A stretch of DNA of 64,000 nucleotides from the human T2T-CHM13v2.0 reference genome, Homo sapiens. Both the position numbers and the translations under genes were made by a program. Position 1 is the first letter of the stretch. Each line of letters starts with the position of its first letter. Location of the stretch: the NCBI RefSeq assembly GCF_009914755.1, contig NC_060947.1. One strand, 5' to 3'. The notes under the pieces are model-generated. The model had not been told where the DNA came from. It was given only the letters and a program-made list of their open reading frames with translations, and did no database searches. Shown in pieces: positions 51,287 to 64,000 of the stretch.

Positions 51287-52725
51287 AGAAGGACACTCTA
51301 TTCAACAAATGGTGCTGGGATAATTGACAAGCCACATGCAGAAGAATGAAACTGGATCCTCATCTCTCACCTTATACAAAACTCAAGATAAATCAAAGAC
51401 TTAAATCTAAGACCTGAAACCATAAATATGCTAGAAGGTAATATCAAAAAAACTCTTCTAGACATTGGCTTAGCAAAGAATTAATGATCAAGAATGCAAA
51501 AGCAAATCCAATAAAAACAAAATAAATGAGACAATTAAACCAAAAAGCTTTTGCAAAAACAAAATAATAATAATAATCAGCAGAGTAAATAGACAACCCA
51601 CAGTACAAGCTTTGCATGCGAAAAACATTAACATCCAGAATCTACAAGGAATTCAAACAAATCAGTAAGAAAAAACATATAACCTCAACAAAAAGTGGAC
51701 AAAGGACATGAATAGACAATTCTCAAAAGAAGATACACTAATGGCCAACAAACATAGGAAATAATGCTCAATATCACTAACTATCAGGAAAATTCAAATT
51801 TAAACTACAATGAGATACCACCTTGCTCCTGCAAAAATGGCTGCAATAAAAAAATTACAGATTTAGTTGTGGATGTGGTGAAAAGGGAACACTTTCACAC
51901 TGCTGGTGGGAATGTAAGCTAGTACAACCACTGTGGAAAACGGTATGGAGTTTCCTTAAAGAACTAAATGTAGAAATACCATTTGATTCAGCTATCCCAC
52001 GACTGGGTATCTACCCAAAGGAAAATAAATCATTATATGAAAAAGTCACTCATGCATGTTCACAGCAGCACAATTCGCAAGTACAAAAATATGGAGCCAA
52101 CCTAATTGTCCATCAACCAATGAGTGGATAAAGAAAACGTGGTACACACACACAAACACACACACACGCACACTATGGAATACTACTCAACCATATAAAG
52201 AAAGGAAATATTGACATTTGCAACAACATGGATGATGTTGGGAACCATTATTCTAAGCCAAGTAACTCAGGAATAGAAAGCGAAGTATTGTATGATCTCA
52301 CTTATAAGTGGGAGCTAAGCTATGAGGATGCAAAGGAATAAGAATGATATAATGAACTTTGGGGACTTGGGGGAAAGGTTGGGAGAGGGCTGAGAGATAG
52401 AAGACTACACAGTGGTACAGTGTACACTGCTCAGGTGATGGATGCAACAAAATGTCAGAAATCACCACTAAAGAAGGGGGGCGGGATAGCATTAGGAGAT
52501 ATACCTAATGTAAATGACGAGTTAATGGGTGCAGCGCACCAACATGGCACATGTATACATATGTAACAAACCTGCATGTTGTGCACATGTACCCTAGAAC
52601 TTAAAGTATAAAAAAAAATATGTATATAAAGAAAAGAAATATAATATCCAAGAAAAATAGAAAAAAAAAAAGAACTTATCCATGTAACCAAAAACTACCT
52701 GTTCCCCCCAAACTATTGAAATGAA
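51287..52725 (+). mobile_element. 5'-truncated L1PB1-like element
   Basis: ctattcaacaaatggtgctgggataattg...; 3'UTR gtacactgctcaggtgatggatgc..cttatccatgtaaccaaaaactacctgttccc. Confidence 0.9.
52476..52668 (+). mobile_element. Very short L1PA4/5 3' end inserted into the L1PB 3'UTR
   Basis: gggatagcattaggagatatacctaatgtaaatgacg...cttaaagtat then A-rich tail; TSD aaagaa at 52470-52475 and 52669-52674. Confidence 0.9.
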
Positions 52726-53666
52726 TTTTAAAAAATATTAGCCGGGTATAGTCTTATAGTCCTAGCTACTTGGGAAGGTGAGGCAGGGTAATTACTTGAG
52801 TCCAGGAGTTCAAGGCTGCGGTGAGTTATGATCACACCACTGCACTCCAGCCTGGGTGACAGAGTCAGACCCTGTTTCAAAATAAATAAATAAATAAATA
52901 AATAATATAATGAGCTGATACCATGAGTATTCATAAGTGTATAAGTGAGGCATGAAAAACGCTATCCCTCCCCCAGAAATGGTCTTCAAAATGGAGGTAT
53001 TTTGCATTAAATGGGAAAATTGAAGAAGTAAGAAATGGTAACTAAATAGGTTGGTACAAACCCAAGTAGATCATAATGAGACGTGGAAAGATGAAGAGGA
53101 AAGAAATGGCACCATTATCTTCAGGTCAAAGGCTGTATATAAATCAAATCTTACACCACAAGATGTGAAGAGCGCATTCTTAAACTATTAAGGGTTCTTT
53201 GTTAGAACCTTCTTTTGTTTCCACATACAGCACTGTTGTATGTTGCAGTCACATAACACTACCTTGGACAGATGAACTTATAAGTGGAATGATCCTCACC
53301 AAATCAGTCCTACTGGAAAATATTTAAATTTCATCTGTGTTCTTTACAACTTAACTTGAAGGAAAGGAACAACCCATGGGTTTGTACCAGAAGTTTGTCT
53401 GGTACAAACTTCTCTGTGACTGAATATTTTTGAACCACATTCATCATCAAAAGAAGAAAATGTTCACACACGATGTCTTCTTTCTGCATGAAGCCTCTTT
53501 GACATAAATAAAAACCTCTAAACTCCAGAAATAATTATGAGCATATAGTTTAACCAAGTAGAGAATTCTGGCAATATAGGATATGTAATAAAGTGAAATA
53601 GCAGTAGTCAAAATGGATTTAAAAGAAAATAATATATACAATATATAGCATATATAATAAATAAAT

Positions 53667-53701
53667 TACACTTGATCTTAGCCAAAAGGTCAAGAAATGA
53701 T
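53667..53701 (-). pseudogene. U2 snRNA 5' fragment (tailless retropseudogene)
   Basis: Minus strand atcatttcttgaccttttggctaagatcaagtgta versus U2 5' ATCGCTTCTCGGCCTTTTGGCTAAGATCAAGTGTA: 4 mismatches in 35 nt, at or beside CpGs. Confidence 0.9.
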
Positions 53702-54269
53702 GTGTAATATACAAATTAGATTATTTTATTTATGTAATTAAATTATATATTTTAATACATTTTCTCACTACCCTTCAGATTACATCCCCTGCTCTGTGGG
53801 AAACAAACGAGTCTAAAGAGTGCTTTGGCACACCAAAAGCTACGCATGTTGTATCCAGTCATAACTTGGAACACTCACTAAACGTATACAAAGGGTGTGG
53901 GTCATAGACTCCTGTATAATTTTGCTGAATTGTTGTTTCTGAGAAGCCAATTTCAAAGCTAAGGAAAATATCATAAAACTATTTGGAGTCTTTTAAAGTT
54001 TACGAATAGCATTTACAAAGGCAATGAGGAACGGAAGGCCAAATTATCAAACAACATACGAAAGCAAGGTTAATTTTACCTTGTAATAAACCCCATCAGG
54101 TGATTTATTTTGCTTTGAATTAAAATATCCATACATGAACACAATAATCAGATAACAATGAATCATTTCCGTTACCTCCCCACAATTCAGAAGGGAGAGT
54201 CATCTTCTCCTAAGGGGCATTAAGTTCAGACTCACTTCATCTCTTGGTGAAGCAATTTCCCCCTAGATG

Positions 54270-54625
54270 ACTTACAATCATCTGGCCTTTCTGATCCTTC
54301 ATGACATTCTGCACACTGCAGTCAGAAATATTTTTTCTAAAGGCAAGTTTTCTTACAGCACTCTTCTGATGAAAATCTTTCAACAACTCCCTATTGCTTA
54401 TTGGTTAATGCCCAAGTTCTTTAGCGAAAAGCAGGCCAAAACTACTCTCCTAGAATCATCATTTCCTTCCTCCATCTCTTTTGTGGTCTCACTCCTCTCT
54501 TCTTTGGTTGATGGATGTCTGTTTCTCTCTCATTCAAGGCCCAGGTCTAATGACACCTCCATTATGAATCTTCTTCTGTCTTCTACCAAATGAATTAGCC
54601 ACTCTCTCCTGGGTTCCCATAAATC
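54270..54625 (+). mobile_element. L2 fragment
   Basis: cattctgcacactgcagtcagaaatattttttctaaa..aaaatctttcaacaactccctattgc. Confidence 0.6.
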
Positions 54626-54832
54626 TTTACCCATGCAATGTGCAGGATTGGGAGAGAGAGGGAGGGAAGAAGTGTGCAGGTAGAGCAATGGATTTCACCA
54701 GAGAGGTAACTACGGGGCTGCGAAACATAGGCCCTACTTCAAACAAAGCATATTAAATCTTAAAATTTGTATACATTCTGAATAAGATTTTATTTTAAAA
54801 AGTATTCTCCCTCAACAAAAGAAGCATAATAA

Positions 54833-55147
<315 letters not shown>

Positions 55148-55542
55148 AAAATGCAAGTATAGTGGAAAAAGCATTATCTTTGGAGCTAGACAGAGATAGG
55201 TTTTAAGCAATCACTCTTCTACTTTACTGAATGTGTGGCTTTGAGCAAATCAATTATCCTACCTACTTACCTAACACCATTATCTGTCACCTACTTCCTT
55301 TCAACTGATATGCCAATTGAGCAGAGTAATTAGAGGATGATCTTACTGCGCTACCTTCATGTCTAACTCTTACTGATACGCCAAGACTCAGTTAGTGTTA
55401 CTTCCACTGTGAGGTCTAACACTAGATGGAGCGCAATACTTTATACAAACCTCTATCATGTTTTGTCATTATTTGCATGTCTTGAACCCAGAGCTTATTA
55501 AGCCCTAATGTAATCCTAATAGTTGTTATAATATTAAAATAT

Positions 55543-55855
55543 GGCCGGGTGTGGTGACTTATGACTGTAATCTCAGTACATTGGGAGGCAGAGGCAGGCA
55601 AATTGCTTCAGCCCAGGAGTTTGAGACCAGCCTGGGCAACATGGCAAAACCCCATTTACACAAAAAAATACAAAAAAAATTGGCCTGGTATGGTTGTGCA
55701 TGCCTGTAGTCCCAGCTACTTGGGAGGCTGAGGTAAGGGTATCACCTGAGCCTGGGAAGTTGAGGCTGGAGTAAGTTGTGATCATGCCACTGAACTTCAG
55801 CCTAGGGGACAGAGTGAGGCCCTGTCTCAAATAAATAAATAAATATAATAAAATA
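55543..55855 (+). mobile_element. AluJ
   Basis: ttgcttcagcccaggagtttgagaccagcctgggcaacatggc..cctgagcctgggaagttgaggctg. Confidence 0.9.
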
Positions 55856-55860
55856 CTTCC

Positions 55861-56008
55861 AGCTGTGTGAGGTGGTGCATGCCTATTGTCCCAGCTACTT
55901 GGGAGGCTGAGGCAGGAGAATTTCTTGAGCCCAAGAATTTGACCCAGCCTGGGCAACACAGCAAGACCCTGTCTCTAAATAAATAAAATAAAAATAAAAA
56001 TAAAATAA
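55861..56008 (+). mobile_element. FLAM-type Alu monomer
   Basis: Single arm ending cctgggcaacacagcaagaccctgtctct with (TAAAA)n tail. Confidence 0.8.
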
Positions 56009-58688
56009 TGCTGTACAGGTTGGTAAATATCCAGTGTCCTAAATCTCACCTCATATGCCTCCTAGCACTTTTAGGACATCCCTCCAAAAAAAGCCTCCAG
56101 TGACCAGGCAACTAAATGATTAATATCTAAAACAGCAAGAGTCCTCCAGAACTCTGCCATAGCTAAGGCTTGTGTTCATTTCAATCCATCAGTTCCTGTG
56201 CATTCCTGGTTGTTAATATTTGAATATAGTTGTTGTTCATCTCCCTAATAGAAGATGAATGGCCTGAGAGCAGAAATTGGGTTATTTACCCTTGTGTTTT
56301 TGAAGGTAAGCCTTCTACTGTTCCAGGTGTTAATTATTTAGTTAATCTTTCTTTTCATTACTCCTCTCCTCTCTGATATTAACTACTCTATAGCTTCAAG
56401 ACATCCTCAGTGACCTCATATTCTCCTTTTGAGGTGTCACGGGGTCTTTACCTGGGCCTAACCTACTTGGACCTATAATTGGATCTTATTCTTCCTCTAT
56501 CCTTACATGCAAAAACTAATCCCTTTTCTCAGAAGCACACAAAAAGAATCATAAAATTTATTGTATTTTTAAGAAGAAAAAATGCAATTGAGTATGTATA
56601 GTTAGCTATAAACTATACTAAATATTAGCATGGTTTACAAATGCATATCACATAACACAGATGCTCTTCAATTATTAATCAGTAGGTGCTGTTTTATTCA
56701 TCTGTCCTTTTGAATAACTCATTTCAAAAATGTTATAACAGTAAATAAATATATTTAGACATTTTAGGAGTCCTTACCACTCTTACCTTCACCCCAATAT
56801 ATTGTCCAAAACATTACCACAATTACTATATATAGCACCTGCTGTATTTTCTGAAATGATTATTCCACTTTATATATTAAACACAATTGAATATAATTCT
56901 TAAAATTCTGCGACAACCAAAATCACCTTGGAAAGAGAGCTGCCATGAATGAAAAAAATGATAATTTCTTTCATTTAATGTCCAGATATATGACATAGTA
57001 TGAAAGAAGTGTGTTTCTAAACAAAACTTCTATTACTAATCTAGAAACTTGAAGTAGAATTTGATTTTTGTCCAAAAGATACTATTATTACAGTCTCAGA
57101 AGATTCTAGTGGATGCTAGTTTCCACTACAGAATCATTCTAATATATTTTATATCATTAGTAGTCACAGCTATCTAGAGTTGTATCAGACCAAACGCAAA
57201 GTAAAATATGATGGGATAATAGTAGTAAGATGTTCATTATTTGGAACATACTTGCTATGTTGTTTTTAGTTAATTGATTCATTCATTTATCAAATATTCA
57301 TTAAATGTCAGTGCCACATGCTAAAAATGCAAAGTATAGTACCCAATATTAAAGTGTTCACATTAGCAAGGAAAAATTGTTATTTTTAAAAAACATATGT
57401 TTCTGAAAGTCAATGTATTACTAAGACTCACATTCCATAGCACAGTCAAGAAGCAGGAAAAAGATAAAAATAAAATCCTCTGAAGACACGTGCTTTTTAT
57501 AAGGGCAGGCAAGTTGATTTAACTTAATTTTCTCTGGCTTTTGATTTTCACAAAGCTAGAAAAAACATTTTCAGTGTTCTTAAAATCATAAAAAAAATTG
57601 GACGATAATGAGAAATTTCTGGTTTGAGATATGGCAAGGGAAAAGAACCAAAGCTAGTTTTACCCTTGAGGTATTTTCAGATCTAGAATAAGCAGCTGAA
57701 AAACTGAACTGAGTATTTAGTTGTCTCCCAACATTAGACAGAAAACAATTCGAAGTGCAGAGTCTGCAAAGGATGGAGGCCCAACATATTTTGCTTTAAT
57801 TTGGATTAAAAAAGTAAGGGGTTAAACACTAGGTGCAAGGGCAAGACAGAAGGAAACTAACCTTCACAAAATTGCAGCCTGAATTTGAGGTCCAGAAAAC
57901 AATAAGCCTTGAACTTGCTGACTTGCTATTGTCCCCGGGAACCTAACAAAAGCAAACTGACATCATCTTTGGAGAAAGATAGAATCATCCCAGGCTTCAA
58001 ATTATTTGTACAAAATGCAGTTAATGTGCAGAACACATATAGAGACAGCTAAACACACACACAAAAAGACCTCACATGCTAGAAACAGAAGAAGAAAACA
58101 GAAAAGAAAGACACAAAAGGATTTCAGATATTGGTATTATGCACACATCCGGTAAAACAACTATGCATATTTTATTCAAGGAAATAACCATCAAGCTTGA
58201 AACTTTTAGCAGGAAAGTGAAACAGAACTGATATAAACAAATACAAACCAAAATTCTGGACTTGAAAAATACTATGATAAATTAAGGACTGAATGATTGG
58301 GCTACACAATAAATCATACACAGCTGAATATAAGCTTAGTGAACTGGAGAAAAAGTCAGAAGAAATTATGCAAAATGAATTCTTAAGAGACATTATGATA
58401 AAAAATATGAAAGAGATGATGATACATAAAAAATACAATCTGATACTGTTAATTGGAGTCCCACCAGGAGGGAAGGGAAAAAATATACATAGTCAATGCT
58501 AGAAAAAACTATTTCTGGTAATTCATAATTTCAATACCTCCAAAAAATTCCAAGCAGAAAAATTAAAAGAAATCCACACACCATAGAGAATCTATGAAAA
58601 ACCAAAAATAAATATATTTTAATATTTGTCAGAATATAAAACAGTTTACCTTCAAAGAAACAGCAGTTAAGAAGACATCTGATTTCTT

Positions 58689-59306
58689 TTTTTTTTTTTT
58701 TGAGGTAGGGGTCCTATTTCATTGTTTTCATTTTACTTTTTTATTATACTTTAAGTTCTAGGGTACATGTGCACAACATGCTGGTTTGTTACATATGTAT
58801 ACATATGCCATGTTGGTGTGCTGCACCCATTAACTCATCGTTTATATTAAGTATATCTCCTAATGCTATCCCTCCCCCCTCCCCCCACCCCTCAACAGGC
58901 CCCGGTGTGTGATGTTCCCCTTCCTGTGTCCAAATGTTCTCATTTTTCAATTCCCACCAATGAGTGAGAACATGCGGTGTTTGGTTTTCTGTCCTTGCAA
59001 TAATTTGCTGAGAATGATGGTTTCCAGCTTCATCCATGTCCCTACAAAGGACATGAACTCATCATTTTTTATGGCTGCATAGTATTCCATGGTGTATGTG
59101 TGCCACATTTTCTTAATCCAGTCTATCATTGTTGGACATTTGGGTTGGTTCCAAGTCTTTGCTATTGTGAATAGTGCTGCAATAAACATACGTGTGCATG
59201 TGTCTATATCAGCATGATTTATAGTCCTTTGGGTATATACCCAGTAATAGGATGGCTGGGTCAAATGGCATTTCTTGTTCTAGATCCCTGAGGAATCGCC
59301 ACACTG
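58689..59306 (-). mobile_element. 5'-truncated L1PA4/5 with a short 3' transduction
   Basis: Young L1 3' end; perfect 14-bp TSD acatctgatttctt at 58675-58688 and 59311-59324. Confidence 0.95.
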
Positions 59307-59435
59307 AAATACATCTGATTTCTTAATAGCTTCAGTGGAAGACAAAAGACAAGGGAACATTATCTTCAATGTACTGTTAGGAAATAACTGCCAACCTATT
59401 CAAGGAAAATGTCCTTCAAGAATAAAGACAAGATA

Positions 59436-59770
<335 letters not shown>

Positions 59771-60160
59771 TCAGGCAACGACTGAGAATGCTCACCACAA
59801 GAAACCATACACTAAAGGGAATACTAAAATATTCATCAGTTAGAAATAAAAAAAAATTAAATAAGTAATCACAGTTATGGGAAAAAATGAAAATCTTAAA
59901 TATGTAGGAAAATCTATGTTAATATTCGATGTATAAGAATATGATATCTTGTGCTAATATATGTATATGTGGAGAGAGGGAGAGAGAGAGTAAAAACGAG
60001 AGAAGAGAAAGAGGAAAAAGAGAAGGATTAAAATATAGTACACAGCATTAGAGTCAGGAACAGAGGAAAAAAACAGTTAAAATGTTATAAATTCCTCATA
60101 TTGTCCTGGATAAGGGTAGTATATATTATCATTCAGTTTTCATAATGTAAAGATATATAT

Positions 60161-61013
60161 TTTTTCCTTTATTTCTTCTAAAAAAGCAGGATACATGAAC
60201 AGAACATGCAGGTTTGTTACATAGGTATACGTGTGCCATGGTGGTTTGCTGCACCTATTGACCCGTCTTCTAAGTACCCTCCCTTCACCCTGACACACCC
60301 CCCTCACCCCCCACCCCCCAACAGGCCCTGCTGTGTGTTGTTTCCCTCCCCATGCCCATGTGTTTTCAATGTTCAGCTCCCACCTATAAGTGAGAACATG
60401 AGGTGTTTGGTTTTCTGTTCCTGTGTTAGTTTGCTGAGGATGATGGCTTCCAGCTTCATCCATATCCCTGCAAAGGAAATGAACTCATTTTTTATGACTG
60501 CATAGTATTCCATGGTGTACTCGTACCACATTTTCATTATCCAGTCTATCATTGATGGGCATTTAGGTTGATTCCATGTCTTTGCTATTGTGAATGGTAC
60601 TGCAATGAACATACACGTACATGTATCTTTATAATAGAATGATTTATATTCCTTTGGGTATATATCCAGTAATAGGACTGCTCAGTCAAATGGTATTTCT
60701 GGTTCTAGATCCTTAAGCAATCACCACACTGTCTTCCACAATGGTTGAACTAATTTACATTCCCACAGACAGTGTAAAAGTATTCCTATTTCTTCACAGC
60801 CTCTCCAGCATCAGTTTCCTGACTTTTTAATAATCGCCATTCTGACTGGCATGAGATGGTATCTCAATGTGGTTTTGATTTGCATTTCTCTGATGAATAG
60901 TGAAGTTGACCTTTTTTTATATGTTTGTTGGCCGTATGAATGTCTTCTTTTGAGAAGTGTCTGTTCGTGTCCTTTGCCCACTTTTTGATGGGGTTGTTTG
61001 TTTTTTTCTTGTA
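60161..61013 (-). mobile_element. 5'-truncated L1PA8A-like element
   Basis: tttatttcttctaaaaaagcaggatacatg terminal signature; degenerate TSD aaagatatatat (60149-60160) and aaagacatgtat (61014-61025). Confidence 0.88.
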
Positions 61014-62649
61014 AAAGACATGTATAATACATTTTAAAGTAACTAAATGAAGTGTTTATGACTTCCAAACAAAAAAAAGGGAATGTAAATAATAACAAAA
61101 ATTACTTAATACATTAAAAATGAAGCATTTAAAGACAGAAAAAGAAAGTAGAAAAGATAAGGCATTAAAAGCACAACATAAGACTGTAGATTTAAATAGC
61201 AAATGTATCATTAATCACATTAAACATAAATGGACAAAATGCTATCATTTAAAAAAATTGTCACACTGGAAAAAAAAGAAAGCTCAAATTAATATTAACT
61301 GCAAATAACAGATTTAAAACATAAAGATACAAAAATGCTAAAATAAAGAGACAAAAAGACCATTAAAGCAGGAAATAAAATAAAGCAGATTTGGCTATAA
61401 AAACATCAGCCAAATATAAATGATAGGGCAAAAAGATGACTAGAAACAGAGATCAAAATATTATGATAAAACATTTATTTCATCAGGATGAAATAAAAGT
61501 TATCTGTGAGTGTACACCTAATACCATAAAGCAAAACTTGATAGTGCAAATTCACAATCATAATAGAAGACTTTAACAAACTTCTCTGTTTGTTACAGAG
61601 ATAGAGAGACAAAAAAATCATTAAGAATATAGATTTAAATAACACAATTAGCAAACTTAATGCAGATATGTTTCTATCTATGCATACAAAACTGCAGAGT
61701 GCTCATTTTTTTCAAGAATATATTAAATACTTGGAAATAAAAAGACCGCATTTGTGGCCCCAAAGCTAACATTAACACATATAAAAGAACTAAAATAATA
61801 CAAAATACATTCTCATGTCACAATGCAAGTGTGCTTGAAACCAATAACAAACAAAAAAATTTCCATATGTATGGAAATTAAGAATATACCTTTAAATACT
61901 TAAATAGCAGAAGATAGATAATGAAAAAAGTTTTAACTGAATGGTAATAAAGTTAACAAATATCAGAACTTGTGAAATGCAGCTGATGCAGAACATGATA
62001 AAAATAAAGAGCCTTACAATTTTATGTTAGAAAAAATATGGAGATTAATTAGCTAATAATATTTCCTAAGAAAATAAGTTATTGATATTAAAATAAACCC
62101 AAATATATAGAAAGGAAAATAAGATAAATGCAGAAATTAATGAAAAAACAATGTTACAATAGGGAAAAACAATGAAGGTAAAAATTAGTTTGCTCTAAGG
62201 TAAATAATAAACACACTTCTCACAAATGAGCAAGAATAAAAGAAAATAAGAACAGTTAACCAGCATCTGGAATAAAGCAGTGGCAAAATCACAATTTCTG
62301 CAGTAATTATAAAGATAAGAGATTATAACTGATAAATGTATGACACACCAGATTGAAAATCTAGTTGAACATATTTCTAGAAGCAGACATTACCAAAACT
62401 ACCCAAAAGAGGAACAGAAAGACTGAATTTTTCTATAACTGATTGAAAATTGAATTCATAAGCAAAAGCTATCCACTACGGAAATGGAAATTCATAACCA
62501 GGTTACTTCACTGCTGAATTCTACTGAACATTCAAAGAGGAAGAAACTTTAATCGTACATAAGTTCTCCCAAAGAATAGAGAAAGCAGAAATGTTTCACA
62601 ATTCATTTTATGAGGCTCACATATTCTTAATATCAAAACCACACAAAGC

Positions 62650-63584
62650 AGACGGTGACATCAAAAAGATAGCAGAATAGGAAGTCCCACAGAAGCAACA
62701 ATTGAACAATTATATATAGACCAAAATACTTTTATGATATTTCCAAACTCCAGATAGGAATTTGCTGTACCCCAGGTAAGCATAGAGCTGAGAACAGGCA
62801 CATTGAAATGGGAAAGAAGAGCAATTAAGATTTACCAACATTAGGCACTTCCCAAGACAGCACAGGTTGTTCCAGAGAAAAAAATGTCTCAGCTCGTTAT
62901 TTCTCCCTAGAGGAAGGGAGAGGGAGAAAAAAGTGGAAAATGTATACAAATTTTTGGCTTTTCTGCAGCCTTCCTGAAAGAATGACTTTTCATTTCACTC
63001 AGAGTGCTGATGGGCTTGGCATAGTTTGGATGCCTAGGGGCTACTAAAAGCAAAGATGAGCAGGAGGGGCAGCTTACTGAGGCCAGCACAGATTGGCAAA
63101 ATCAAGAGAAGGTGCAAAATCTGAGGCTCCTCCCATGAAAGGGAGGGAGAAGACTGAAATTTTTATCCACTGTTTCATAGTTTTAAAGGGCTGCCTAAGG
63201 GATTAGCATCTGTCTCATTTTACTTGAGACACTGATAAAGAGCTGACATAATTTGGGTGCCTAGTGGATGATAAGAACAAAAGAGGATGTGTAATGCCAT
63301 TACAGAAGCAGACAACTTGGAGTGCCACAAACAGACACCAGAGGGAGCAAGAAATTACCAGCTATGAGCCCAAGCAATTGAGAAATTGCATGCCCATACC
63401 CAGAGAAGTGACATCCCTCCAAAACTGGTTTCAGAGGCCCTCAGAATCTAAAGATAGGCTAATTGGTGAGGGTCCCTCCTGGTATGAAGCCAGTCCCTAA
63501 GTACTGGGAAAGGTGACTTTTTTTCTAATGTGCAGAACCGAGTACAAAGTTGTGAGACGCACAAAGAAGCCAGGAAACATGGCT
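62650..63584 (+). mobile_element. Old L1M3/M4-type 5'UTR with an internal ~240-bp repeated unit, ending near the ORF1 start
   Basis: ggtgacatcaaaaagatagcagaataggaagtccc start; ctgat..gcatagtttggatgcctag unit repeated at about 63008 and 63232; ends caggaaacatggc. Confidence 0.65.
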
Positions 63585-63589
63585 TTAAA

Positions 63590-64000
63590 AAATGATGCAC
63601 AATACTTGATAGGTAGTTTTTCTACCCTCACTCACCTCCCACCCTTCTTCCTCTAGTAGTCCCCTGTGTTTACTGTTTCCATTTTTATGTCAACTTGGAC
63701 ACAATGTTTAGCTTCCACTTATAGGTGAGAACATGGTTTTCTGTTTCTGTGCTATTTGCTTCAGATAATGACCTCCAGCTGCATCCATATTGCTGCAAAG
63801 TACATAATTTTATTTTTTATGGCTGCATAGTATTCCATGCTATATATGTACCACATTTTCTTTATCCAGTCTGCCCTTGAAGGTAATCGTTGAAGTTGAT
63901 TCCATGTCGTTGTTATTGTGACTAGTGCTGTGATAAACATACTAGTGCATATATCTTTTTGGTAGAATGATTTATATTCCTTTGAGTACCTACCCAATAA
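63590..64000 (-). mobile_element. L1PA15/16-like 3' fragment, runs off the window
   Basis: ataggtagtttttctaccctc..ctctagtagtcccc..cagctgcatccatattgctgcaaag. Confidence 0.85.

Larger units (their letters stand above)
51173..52905 (+). mobile_element. AluJ split into left arm (51173-51286) and right arm (52727-52905) by an L1PB insertion
   Basis: Left arm ggattacttgaggccaggagtttgagac..catagtgagactccat; right arm aaaatattagccgggt..gttcaaggctgcggtgagttatgatcacacc with (TAAA)n tail. Confidence 0.8.

Noticed and set aside
53779-53894. Candidate plus-strand exon after cattttctcactacccttcag
   Set aside because: Weak donor (GTGTGG) and an unrecognised peptide; cannot be supported without expression data

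Overview
This is primate (human-like), AT-rich, gene-poor genomic DNA. Roughly two-thirds of it is LINE-1 of many ages: L1ME/M4-type, L1MA, L1PB, L1PA16-13, L1PA8-7 and L1PA5-3. It also holds a full-length MSTA (ERVL-MaLR) element with a nested solo LTR, a MER11 (HERV-K11/HML-8) solo LTR, seven Alu/FLAM elements, DNA-transposon fossils (MER63, MER58, MER2, MER5), L2/MIR fragments, microsatellites and a 5' U2 snRNA retro-fragment. Nearly all ORFs in the track are broken L1 ORF1/ORF2 pieces or chance frames in repeats. I find no intact protein-coding gene, and I cannot support a novel multi-gene biological system. The real interest is retrotransposition and repair history readable in the sequence: two TSD-bounded L1 3' transductions plus a weaker third, a twin-primed L1PB with a multi-kb internal loss, a duplicated L1 flank inside the MSTA element, several templated micro-insertions, and nested insertions that order events in time. 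Subfamily calls come from recalled consensus features, not from a RepeatMasker run.
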